A stretch of 64,000 bases of DNA, taken from assembly GCA_049999805.1 (NCBI GenBank), contig JBNGIO010005679.1, forward strand, positions 1-64,000, written 5' to 3'. The DNA is from Folioceros fuciformis. Its lineage: Eukaryota. Under the pieces are notes generated by a model. The model ran no database searches, had not been told where the DNA came from, and saw only the letters and a program-made list of their open reading frames with translations. The position numbers were made by a program, and so were the translations under genes. Of this stretch, positions 39,061-50,969 are shown in pieces. The first letter of the stretch is position 1; every line of letters starts with the position of its first letter.

Positions 39061-40734
39061 GAGCCAGTACGACCTGTTGGCAAGCACCGAGGAGTGCTCG
39101 GATCCGCTCCTCGTCTCGGTCAAATTTGAACAAGACTATATATGAATGTAGGCGGTTAGAAGATGAGAAAGTACGACAAGGGCAATAACCCGCTCTGCCG
39201 GCAAGGAGACGAGCCAGTGCGGCTTTCAGAGAGGTAAGAGAAACTGCCGCAGAAAAGTGACCACGGAGTTTGATGAGCTTGAGGTTGCTGGGCTGGATGG
39301 GCTAGTTAACTCAGTGCCGAGGATGTTGGATAATAATTGGCGACTTAGGACCACATGGTTAGTAGAGATAGGAGTTGGGCTTGACTTGGGAAACATGGTG
39401 ATGCAAGCTGGGGCTCGTGAGCAATCTCAGCACCCTGGAGGAAGGACACGATGCAGCAGCCCTTGGCTGAATAGAACCGCAATGCTGGATGGACCACATG
39501 AGTGGTAGATACGGCGTCAAGCTCAGGGGAGGCTCTATATTGCTATGGAGCACTGCAGCTTACGCTGTGGGGAATTCTGTTGCTCAGGATACGCGCAGTG
39601 AAATGGATATAGCTGTCCGATGCTGGGTCCCGGGAACGAACTTTGATTGCACTACGCTTTCTTATTCTTGTTGGCCGAAGCAGGAAGCGTGGCTGATTTC
39701 AATTTTCGTTGGGTTGGAATTTCAGTGCTAGGAGAGCGAATGTTTTGTTGAAAAGAAGGCAGCCCCATCCCCACCCTTATGTCTAGTTTCAGGACCAAGT
39801 TGCTTGATAGTTTCTGACTGTGGTACGTTCGTAGCACTGCCCTTTCTCTTCCTCCTGCAGCTGATGAAAGTGTGTAAATATTGTTCCTTGTGCATCTACT
39901 CCAACGTATTTCTGGAGTTTAGCTTTCCACCAGTAAGTTTTCCTGGTTGTCAAGGAATCCTTATGGACTTGGTTTCAGGACCACTGGTTTCACAGGGCGC
40001 AGCAAGGAGAGCAGATCTTGCTGAGTAGAAGGCATTACCATCCCCAGCCCCATGGCTGGCTTCGGGGGCAAGTTACTTGCTACCTTTTCCATTGGTCCCT
40101 GTCCTGATTGTGTAACAGGAGGCTCTCTCTCGAGATTAAGGAATCCTTGTGAGCTTGGTTTCAGGAGCACTTCAGGCTACGGGGACAGAGCCGCTGTTCC
40201 ATCCTTGGATTTCTTCCTGTTTTCTTGTCCTTCGAGCTCTCTGATGCTCTCTAAATGTGTCCACATCTGTCCTTGAGAGATGTGGGGTTCACGACTGAAC
40301 ACATGAAATCGTCAAGCATGAGACTGACTTAGCGCTTGTTCCCTTGGTTGTCACAGATGCTCATACTAGAGCCCAAAGCGCGGAAGGTTCCTGGATGTGG
40401 AGACGCAGCTCAGGAGCAGTGCCAGGAAGAGGATAGGCACTGGCAGGCATCTACCGAAACTGGGGAAGCAGCATGGAGCGGAGGCAAACACTGTCAACTG
40501 TTCCGAAAAGTTGAGGTGAGTTTTAAGAAAACAGTCCAGCCCAATCCAGAGCTGTCGCCATATTGAGATGTGTCCTGTGATACAGAAGTGCAGATATGTG
40601 CGGGAAACCGTGGGAAAGTCACGCGATGGAGTCCAAGTTCCTCCAGAGTCCTTAACGATGAGAAGGCGATTCAGATGGTTTGCAGTGTGGTAGTATAATA
40701 CGAATCGACTGGTTAGAGGTTTAGTATTTTCAAA

Positions 40735-42962
40735 ATGAGTATGCCTGGGTCTCCTGTCTCATCGTCGTCGGGGGACGACTTCGCGGCTTTGGTGGAAAGG
40801 GAGTTGCAACTGATGGACAACGAGCAGGAAGAGGCAGAGACTACAGAGGGGGCAGGGGAAGGGGAGTACGACGAGGCAGACGAGGCGGATGAGGCGGGGA
40901 ACGCAGTGAAGCCTGAAGTCGATATGGATAATGAATCAGAGCAGGGTCCTGATCAGGGGAGGAAATTAGGGCTGGAACGGCAAAGTACCAGTTGTCCTCC
41001 TCACCCCGGCTTTATGTGGGATGTTTGCATTCGATGTGGCAAAGAAAAGCCCTACTCGTCAGGGTCAAGTGTCTCCCTTCGCTACATGCACGAGGTCAGT
41101 TGGTTTTCTCGGGCGCTAATGGGTGCACCAAATGTTGTCATCGCTATGAGTTGTGACCATGCCGAATTTCAGGGGTTGGAACTGACCTCATCAGGAGCTG
41201 AACGAATGCGTTTTGATGAGCTGGCGAGGTTGAAGGCAAGCAAAAAGTTGTACCTGGTACTGGATTTAGATCACACACTCCTCAATTCTGCGAGGTTTGT
41301 GGAGGTGACCCCGGAGGAAGAAGCATACCTAGCGACAGCGTATGCCCAGGATATGTCAGTGGTTACCCAGCCTCAAGGTACGCTTTTGGTGAATTAGGTT
41401 GAGCCTATTGTGAAGTGCAGAGTTGGGGCTTCGATTTATCTGTGATTGTCCTCCTCCTGACTGGACGGACGGCCAAATTCTGCCCTCGTTCCTTACTGTG
41501 TGCAGCGTTGGGAAAATCAGGGGAAAGGCAATCTGCGCTTAATAACAAAGCCAGTTTGCATAGGCTGGAGCATTTCCAGATGTGGACAAAAATTCGCCCG
41601 TTTGTACATAAATTTCTGGAAGAGGCGAGTAAGCTGTTCGAGATGTACGTTTATACCATGGGCGAGCGGATATATGCACTGGCCATGGCTCGAATACTGG
41701 ATCCGACTGGACGGTTGTTTGGGGACCGCGTGATTTCTCAACGGGACAGCACCAAGCGGCATACCAAGGATCTGGACATTGTCTTGGGGGCAGAGTCAGC
41801 CGTAGTCATACTGGATGACACAGAAAGGGTATGTTAAGGTGGCCTTTGTTTTCGTTCATTTTCTCTGCAGGGTATATGAGGTTGCCTCATGTCGTGGAAA
41901 CTTGGAAGAGTGGTTAATCAGCAGGCTTTTGCTTGACTTGTTTCGTAGGTTTGGCCAAAGCACAGAGCAAATCTGGTTTTGATAGAAAGGTATCACTTTT
42001 TCAGCGCCAGCTGCCGGCAGTATGGTGTTCATTGTGAATCTCTGTCTCAAAGCCAAAGGGATGAGAGGGAGTTCCAAGGCACTTTGCAGACTGTCCTTGA
42101 CATCCTTCGGAGTGTCCATGCCGAGTTTTTCAACCCCAGGAGTCAGCAGGTCGTTAGGGAGAGAATGTGTTATATGTCGTCGTATGCTGTTATTAGTTCT
42201 GGAGTAGGGTCGGTGAACCTTTAAGTGACGTAGTGACGAATCCCAGTCTCTTTGTCGTGTGCTGCAGGGTGCGAACGGAAGACATGTGGACGGATTCGCG
42301 TCAAGGGACGTGAGACAGGTAGCTGTTATTTGAGTTCAAAGCTAATTAAAAAGGCCCATTACTTTGTTCTTAGTCCGCTGCGGAGTAGCTGCATGCCATA
42401 GTCGATCCACTTATGTACAGCCACTTGTGTGCAGATCCTGGAAGACGCTCGTAGTAGAATTCTAAAAGGATGTGGCATAGTTTTTAGCCGCATTATCCCA
42501 ACAGAATATCCAGAGCCTGAAAAGCACCCGTTCTGGCGGTTAACAGAGGAGTTGGGTGCACAGTGCTTTGTCACGGTGAACGAGCGGACCACCCATGTTG
42601 TAGCGTTAGACCGCACAACGGACAAGTCTCGATGGGCCAGGAGCCGAGGAGTGCACCTTGTCCATCCCAGCTGGGTGGAGGCCGCTCAGTATCTGTGGCG
42701 GAAGCCGGCAGAGGAAGATTTCCCAGTCGGACCTTTCGAGCCGGGCGACAAGATTCTATCGTCAAGCTTCGTGAAGACGGTGGAGGTGGTAGGAGCACCA
42801 CGAACAGCGTGTGTGGACTCTGTGGAGGGTGCGTCCCTGAACCACAGTGCTTCTGATGAAGCTAGGAAACGGGCTTTGGAGTCGGAGTCGGAGCCTGCGT
42901 CGGGCATCAGACCCCAGACAGAGCAGTCCGAGTCCGTTGGGAAGAAGCAGAAACTTAAATAG
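40735..42962 (+). CDS. CPL4: RNA polymerase II CTD phosphatase-like (CPL4/FCP1-type: FCPH + BRCT), multi-exon
   Basis: SSSSGDDFAALVEREL, CPPHPGF..CIRCG, KLYLVLDLDHTLLNS (DxDxT), WTKIRPFVHKFLEEASKLFEMYVYTMG, VVILDDT, IERYHFF; BRCT LKGCGIVFS...THVVA...LVHPSWVEAA.YLWRK. Confidence 0.92.
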
Positions 42963-44018
42963 CAGGTTGTACATTAATTCTTCCGCTACAAGTTATACGC
43001 CGTACTACCCCAAGGATGATTTGACGTAAATTGATAGTCCTGAAATTAGAATTGTTTTGTTATTCAAATGCGAAATGTTAAAAAAATTGAAGTGACTTAA
43101 CGCGAAATCGAGGAAAAGCTAGTCAGCTTGGCCAGGCAGCTCAGTGGTCGACCAGCTGCAACGCCGACACGCCTCGGCCACTGCACCCCAAGCCTCCTCC
43201 GCCACCGCACCCTTCGGTCTGAGTACCTGAAGATCTGTTGCAGAAGCAAGGAAGCTGCTGAAGTCGGTCTAAAGCCTCGAAAGAAGACATGACATGCCCA
43301 TCATGAACGCGACAAAATGTTGGGTGATTGACTCGTCCAGACTGCCGTTTTAACAAAAATATTTATTTCAAATTAGCAGTCATGAGTTCAAACTTGGCTT
43401 CTATTTCTCAATATCAAAACCTTGATTTTTCTCTAGAAAACTCTGTTATGAAAACAAACTTTAATTTCAATCAAGAAAACTTCATTCACATTTCACTTAA
43501 TTGAGTTTAAGTGCGCCGGTCTACTCAACAATTGCGCAATCAGGCTGCAAGTGTGCAGCGGTAGACCACGCACCCAGGTTATAGGAGTATTGTGTTGCTG
43601 TCTTTTCTATATCGAGTTTTCTATTTCCTTATGTTATTGATGTAAGAACACTTGTATAGTTTACTAAGAAAACTTAAAGATACTTCAAATGTGTCACACG
43701 CAGATGACGTGAAAACCCCAAGATTGAAGGATGTGGATGTAGTAATTGATTAAGAGGCAAACCCTGAAGAACTTGTGTTTGTGTAGGAGGGCATTATGGA
43801 ATGAGTGAATGTGTATAGTGTTTTTTAGAAATGATGTCTATTTGTGGCTAAATGTTAAACACATTAAGTGTATTTTAAAAAATCATTGAGTCAATAAATC
43901 ACCATATGTTTTACCATTATTATTGAGTGAGTATGCCGTTTCTACCGGCGTATCTTCAAAGGAAAACAAGAAATTCATTACTTGAATAGGTAGATGACAA
44001 CAGCCACATCGAAGTCCT

Positions 44019-44096
44019 TACTACTTAATTCAAAAAAATAAGGACTACTTAATTCAAAAAAATGACTACTTAATTCAAAAAAAAGGACTACTTAAA
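44019..44096. repeat. ~22-bp tandem repeat (actacttaattcaaaaaaa), ~3.5 copies
   Basis: Direct reading. Confidence 0.8.
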
Positions 44097-44647
44097 TTTT
44101 TTTTTAAAGGACAAGTTTAAAAATAGATATGTCAAGCGAACCTAGTTTTTGAGAAACATGATTAAAAATGGATAACTGATTGGGATACCAATGGTTCCGA
44201 AATGTACCAAACAGGCTTTGTGGAATACAACCGTTTAGCACAAACCTCTCATGATGCAAGAAAGAGCTCATGTGGTTTGTCCCCCGGTCAGTCATTTGGA
44301 TTTGCATTTCGGCTCACAGTCAAGTGGTTCACATGAAGAAGACCATAGAGACCTATTACATAATCCCTCATCTTATCCACAACCACAAAAGCCAAGTGGT
44401 GTTGATGGGCATTCAAGTATGCCTAGTTCTCAAGGTAGGCAAAACATGGAACCTAAGAAGTAGTCAAGGTCTCGTAGTGATGGAGACGTAAATAATCATA
44501 TGTCCGTTGTACGGCTCTTAGAGAGCCTTACGAGCAATGTAGAAAATAGAGAAGGCTAGAAAATTGCTTGATTACAGAGCTTGACTCAAACCATCACTAT
44601 ATTGCCAAGTCCTCTAGGAAACAAGTGATATGAAATGATAGCACCTT

Positions 44648-44747
44648 TGTTACGGCACATAGGACCACGAGCAAAACCAATGTTACAGCATGCGGGAGCA
44701 CGAGCAAAACCAATATTACGGCACACGGGACCACGAGCAGAACCATG
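44648..44747. repeat. 33-bp tandem repeat, ~3 copies
   Basis: ttacggcac...ggaccacgagcaaaaccaat unit repeated with variants. Confidence 0.75.
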
Positions 44748-45359
44748 GGAGACCGGAGAAGAGCCTCGTCATGATCTTGGCACACAGACCTATAGGACCT
44801 GCGGCCTGCATCTGAGTTGAGTTCTTGATTGGGATTTACTAATAGGGTTTGGTTAGCTAACATAGTCTAGCCTTATCTATGGTTAGTTCTATCCCTTGCT
44901 AGCTCTTCTAGCTGCAGTCCTCCATCGCGGCGATGGCTGCTCCTCTATGCACTGATCAGGTGCGATAACATACTCTTCCTTGGATCACAGTCTAGCTACC
45001 TACCGTGACAACCTTCCTAACCTTGTGCTGTACTCACTCTCACTTACACTTTATTCACTCTCACTCACGCTTTCGATTGTTTCATCATCATTCGGAAAAG
45101 TGTTCTAAATTACCTCATGTGTCTTTGCACTACAAAGCATGTGCGATGGTAGAAATTCTTCGAACGTGTTCTACATACTTGGGAAGCTCAAGCTCGTTTC
45201 TATCCTCATGGTCATAATACCACCACTATGAACTAAGGGCATGGCATTGTGAGCTCTTACACCACTCCTTTTCCTGTATGCACATATTATGTAGAATAAG
45301 ACATCTGTAGACGAAAAAATGTTTGGAAATGGCCTCGCCAAGTGCGAGACTTGGTGTTT

Positions 45360-48212
45360 TTTTTTGTGTTTAGGGTTTAGGGTTTGAGACCGGTTGAGGT
45401 GGCAAGGAAGTTAGGGCTAACTCCGGGGGAAGAATCTTTTCTGGGCTGGGAAGAGATTTTCAGAGCCATCCCTTTGGTGGCAAATTTACAGGAGGAGGAT
45501 CTGGCCAGGGTGCGCACACTGCTGGGAAGGGGAATAGCTACTAGAGGCGCACCCCAATAGGTGGATTTATCAGGCCTGACCACGACCATGGTTTGGGCAC
45601 AGGTGGACATGCTAGACCAAGCCGCACGGGTGCTGACTTGGTTGAGCATGCAGGGGCAGAAGGAAGAGGAGACGAAGGGCAAGCTGTCTGAGGCCGAAGC
45701 AAGCCGGCAGCAACTGGAGGAAGCTCAACAGGCCCTTAGTGCAGCTAAGGAACAGGCACAAGAGGAAGCACACCGGGCCCGGGAGGAGATGCAAACTCTA
45801 AAGGATCAGCAGGAGCTACTTCTGACCCAAGTTAAGGAGGTTCATGAAGCTGATTAGGAGATGCAACATGAGCTGTTGAGGGCCCAGGAGCAGGAGGTGG
45901 CTGCAGTGGAGAAAGTTCGGAAACTTATGTAAACGGGAACAGGACAAGGCCCGAAGTCGGGTAAAAGGAAAGGGGAAGGCTAAACGAAGTAGTAAGTCCA
46001 CAACTGAGATAGCCGAGGTTGCTCTGGTCAGAGGGAGACAGGACAGTCCTACCAGGGTAGAGGAAGCAACGACCATCGAGGAACCTGCAACCGGACAGGT
46101 TGAAGTGACAACCCACAACTGGACGGGCTAGAGTGACAACCCGCACCAAGAGGGCGGGACTAGAAGGAGCGGCGGCCAAGGGGGTGGAGGATCCCCCAGT
46201 ACCTCTGGAGAGCAAAAGACAGGCAGTTCGGGGTAGCCCATGGGAGGAGGGGCACCTCATCTGTAGCAGAAGGCCAGATTGTATTACAGCATCTGGATGA
46301 AGCGACTTATGTTCCTGGCCTCTGTGTGAATGGAGATCGTGTGCTTAACCTGACTGTCCATGTGCGTGTAGAAATAGGAGGGACAAGGGCTTACTGCCTA
46401 CAATTGAGGACTCATAGGGGATGCTTCTCCCACTGCTTTCGAGTGTGGGGACTGCCTCCTTATTATTCGGAGTTAGTCTTGGAGAAGCTGATGAAGGAGG
46501 CGCGAGCATGGGTGGAGCAAGAACTCGTGATGGTCCTCAGCAACAGGTGGTCGGACGGTGGGGGAAGAACTCCTCGGCGGACCCACCTCAACAGGAGGAG
46601 TTAGGTGGCAGTGAAAGCGAAATAGAGGTTTTATGGCAGGATCTGCTTGACTAGAGGAGAGGAAGGAGGGCCCAGGGGTTTGGCAATCGAGAGAGGGGAA
46701 TGCGACGGCCGGATAAGAGGTGAGCACGGCGATAGGATAGGCCAGAATTCATTGCATCATAGAGTAGTATTCAGTAGGATCTAGAGAAGATGCTTTCTTG
46801 GACCTAACGCCGCTCATAATTAAGAGTTTGAAGACTGAACTTAATGGTGGTTGCAGTCATGCCGTCGTGTGTACAAAGAGGCCTGTTGGCGCCTTACTAA
46901 GCAGCAAAAATCGGCGACTTGTTCCAGTTAAGGTACTCGTGTTGTCCATGGCTAGATGGGGAAGGTCTGGGTGGGTAGCGTGTGCGCGACACTCCTAAGG
47001 AGGAGTTGAGAGTTTTTGCTCCACAACGAGTGGTGAGGGGGACGAATCAGCAAAACCTTTGCTGAGTGGAACGTTACCTTCCCTTATTCCCCGAATCGTT
47101 CGTTGTGCTTCGAAGTGGGAAGTGAGGGGGGACAAATCCGCGAGCCGCGCGGAGTGGAAGGGGAGACTCTCCTTCCCTTATTCCCTGAACAACTGTCTGT
47201 GCTCTGTAGCCGAGGAGAGGGGGACGAATCTGCCATTTATGCGGAGTGGAAGAGGAGCACCTCCTTCCCTTATTCCCTGATCCTTCGACTGCGTTTCAAA
47301 TCAGGTGGTGAGAAGCGTGTGTGAAGAAACGGAGTGCTAAAAGTGTTTGCGAGAAGAAGAAGAGCGAGTGAGTGAGAAGAGAAAGAGCGAAGGAGTGAAT
47401 GTGTGTGAAGGAGACTGACTGGCCGTGAGCTGAGAGAGGGGAACGAATCCGCCGCTGTGCGGAGTGGAGGGAGAAACTCTCCTTCCCTTATTCCCTGAAC
47501 CGGGGTTTGCGGAGGAGTGAGCTGGGAGGCATGGGAGTCTTGGAAGGTTGCTGGGCCTGCCGCGCAGCTACGGACCCCAGGGGAAAACCGCTGAGTGTTG
47601 GCGAGGTGATTGGGAAAGTGTGTGGAAGCTTGGAAGGGATTCTTGGACGATTTCCGAGAGGTTTCGAAATAGGTGCGAACGGTTGTTGAGGCTGGTTGAA
47701 GTTGGTAAGAGGTTGTAAAGAGTTGCAAAAGATTCGTGGGGGATTTGCGACGTTACTAGAAGATCAAAGGTCCTTGAGAATAAGCCTGTATGGAATAAGG
47801 GTGTATTGGAACTTCTGGGGTGTATGTGTGTGTGTGTGTGTGCACGTGTTTGGGTGTGTGAGGAAGTGTGGTGATCTGCGGAAACTGGTTTCCTAAAGGA
47901 TTAGCACCTACCTGTGTGAGAAGCATCTACTAAGACCTGACCCGTGCGTCTGGAAACCCTGGAGTAGAAACCCACAGTGGCGCATGCACTGGAATATAAT
48001 TAGTTAGGGTTTAGGGTGGGATTCACCACGGTCGTGGAAGCTACTGGGTGGTCGCCGAGGCCACAACCGCGGTCGTAGAGTACGGACCAGAGTCATAGAG
48101 TAGGGTCCGCGATAGCTGGACTAACTGGGGGTAGTGGTAGGGCGTGGTTAGTAGGAGAACTGGTAGTAGACAAGGCTTGCCTTGGGTAAAAGTCCGTATT
48201 AGAAGAAAAGTG
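45360..48212. mobile_element. Decayed element with a stop-interrupted coiled-coil ORF (~45400-45930) and internal sub-repeats; probably LTR-retroelement derived
   Basis: EEETKGKLSEAEASRQQLEEAQQALSAAKEQAQEE frame broken by TAG codons; ggggacgaatc...ccttcccttattccc(c/t)ga repeated at ~47037, 47127, 47219, 47438; tagggtttaggg at ~45371 and ~48005. Confidence 0.45.
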
Positions 48213-48700
48213 TGTTACTTGGCACAACTCATTCCCTTGGCGAATCCCATGGCTACAATGACATAGAGGGTTTGTGTGGGCCTCGTGGTGTCCTCGGACA
48301 CAACATTTTACTCCACACTTCCCCTTAGGGTTTCCATCTTCCATAAGTTGTTCCTGTTTCCACAACCTTTACCGGCTCCCACTACCAGTTGCTCCCTCTA
48401 CGACAACTTTTCTCATTCAATAACTGTAATCGGGCTTCAACTACCTCCATTCTCAGACTAAGTCCACAAACTATGACACTCTACTCCCGGTTCGACCTCG
48501 ATCACAAAATGACTTTATGTCTATGGGGTCCCCCCTTATATAGGCTTTTGCGACTTGCCCAAAGGCCAAAGGCCGAGGAACAATCAGCGCTCTGGTCCAA
48601 GGACCAGTTATTGGTCAAACCAAACCCAAAACAAAAAACTCATAGGCCAAGGAACTTTTAAGCATAAATACCTAAGCATAAATACCTCGGCCTACCCACA
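48213..48700 (-). mobile_element. Solo LTR (488 bp)
   Basis: TG...CA termini; flanked by a near-identical 5-bp TSD (aagtg 48208-48212 / acgtg 48701-48705); cctatataagggggg TATA context on the minus strand. Confidence 0.65.
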
Positions 48701-48727
48701 ACGTGACTCTATTTCACACCAAACTTA

Positions 48728-49115
48728 GCAATCAGCTATTGCTTTATCCTCAACCGAAGCAGAATATGTATCACTTACAGACTTTGCTAAGGAGGCTGAA
48801 TGGGCAACATCATACCTCAAGGATCTTCATCATGAGCAAGCCAGTCCTACTACTGTGTATTGTGATAACAACTCTGCGATTGCCCTTGTTGCCAACCTGC
48901 GTTTTCATGCTCGTACAAAACACATCGAGATCAAACATCATTATGTTAGAGATGCAGTGGCACGAGGAGTCATACAAGTAAAATATATACCAACAGCGGA
49001 GAATACTGCAGATATCATGACAAAGTCACTACCCAAGCTCAAGCATTCGCATCACATGGAATCCCTTGGTATACGAGACTTCAGCTATTTGTTACCAAGA
49101 ACAGGAGTAAGGTAA
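48728..49115 (+). mobile_element. Ty1/copia RNase H domain, N-terminally truncated
   Basis: QSAIALSSTEAEYVSL...VYCDNNSAIALVANLRFHARTKHIEIKHHYVRD...ENTADIMTKSLP. Confidence 0.92.
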
Positions 49116-49991
49116 ACAGTGGTGACAATCTGACCTGTTTGGAATTGGGGGGATGGGGACCTCAGTCCCCTGGTTTTATAGTTTATCATAATTTTAGCTG
49201 TGAGACCCAGCTCTAAAGCTGTCCTCTCATCAGTCCTGCCATGTGTTCTGCAGCACATACATACAGATTAGTTGGTCAGACTTGCTTTTGTCTATCACCA
49301 TCACAGCCATGGATGAATCATCACAGTGTTTACCTAATCATGGCACTTTAGGGGTTTGTTGTCTTCTGTGGGAGCTGTCTCCCGTCTGCTGCATCAATCC
49401 TTTCTACTTCTGTTTCTTCCTTCACGTTTTCATCAGCAGGCAGTGGGGCAGATTGCCTCGCGCCATCTAACCTTCATCCCTCCGAGGGGGTCTGGGTTAG
49501 GCGGGTCCAGGAGTTCAGCCACTATCTCTTTTTTCCTTCACAGCTGAATTTGCCCTGCCTGTTTCCTGCACCTTGCGCACAGTCACGCTGGCTGCCACCT
49601 CCACTTCCTAGCCGCAGCTACTGATGTAGTGCTGTAGATTGAAAGGTCTCCACTGCAAAGCCCTTGTGTTTCTAGCACCAGCTGCAACCTCTTCCTGTTT
49701 CTTCACCGCACGTTTCTTCCTTGGGACAGCACCCTCTCCATACCTTTCAGGCCTGTAGCGCGCACCGCTTCTTGTAGTCATTTTCTGCTGCTGCCACAGT
49801 ATGAGCAAACAGAAGGAGGCGAGGATGGTGGCCACAATCGCAAGTAGCTGCGACATGGAGTCACAGTCGTCGCTTCAGCTCCCAGCGCGTAACAGTGCGA
49901 GCTCTGGCTAACGAGCGTGTGCGATAACGGGAGAGGGCGGCGCTCGACTCTCATCTAAAGGAAGATGCACACTGCCTAGGTTATGTGGGAG

Positions 49992-50708
49992 TGTTGAAAA
50001 TAACCCGTTGTTATGGGTAACCTAGGAGTATGCATGAATAGATGACCTAATTAGTTTAGGGCTTGGCTATAAATACCTTTACCTTTTCATTATTAATTAT
50101 TCTCTCATTAATTATCATGCTGGATTCTTTTGATATCTATCTCTCACTACACGCACAAGATGTCAAGCTGTCTTGACTGCTATTCAGCATCTTATATTCC
50201 TGTTACAACACCATCCTGTGATCCTGCTTCCGCTGGCAGGGAGCGAGGAGACACGAAGCGCCACTGTCCAGACAGCTGCGACTTTTCATTCAGATTCGAA
50301 GGGGCACAATTCCATATTTTGTTGAGTTATCGAGCTCTATATGAGCTAAACTCATGTGGTGTTAGTTATCCCAGTTGGGTTCATACTAGACTAGTTCTAG
50401 TTATTAGTGAACTTAGGATAGTGTCGATTATCCCATATTGAACCTGGAAGTTGTGTAGCCCTAAATGTACTACTTAAATGGAGACCTCGGACCTCCATAG
50501 TAAGACAGTGGTGATGTGTATTGTTTTCATGGTTGTGATCACCAATACCACCCTCTCTTCTCTCCTCTCCTACACTTGCACGTAGACTGGAGTCGATCCT
50601 ATTGACATATTTGTCCCTTGCATCTTTAGTGTCTTCTGTTGTTTGATAGGCCAACTAACCTGTCATATTCAAGCGACATGACGGTTAGAAACCCTAAAGA
50701 ACTCAACA
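49992..50708 (+). mobile_element. Ty1/copia LTR (717 bp), single copy in the window
   Basis: TGTTGA...TCAACA terminal inverted repeat; preceded by PPT-like tatgtgggag; ctataaata TATA at ~50067. Confidence 0.75.
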
Positions 50709-50969
50709 GTAACGTTTCATGTTTGAAAGTGCACTAAGTTTCTTTTGCAGGACATATACGTTTCATGGAAGGTAGATGAAGGAAGAAGCATGCTGTTGAC
50801 CAGATAGGTGCTCACCTGCCCCTCTCATGCCTCCTCCTTCGTCTAGCCTCCTGTCACGCATTGTTAGCATTAGCTGCATTTAAGATAACACACATGTTTT
50901 AAGCACGAAAATGCATCATTTTTGTCTTCCCAAAACCATAGTTTAAAGGTGGAGACTTAGCTGGCTTGC

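Noticed and set aside
44508-44970. Possible solo LTR (tgtacgg...gataaca)
   Set aside because: TG..CA ends are present but no matching TSD or second copy was found
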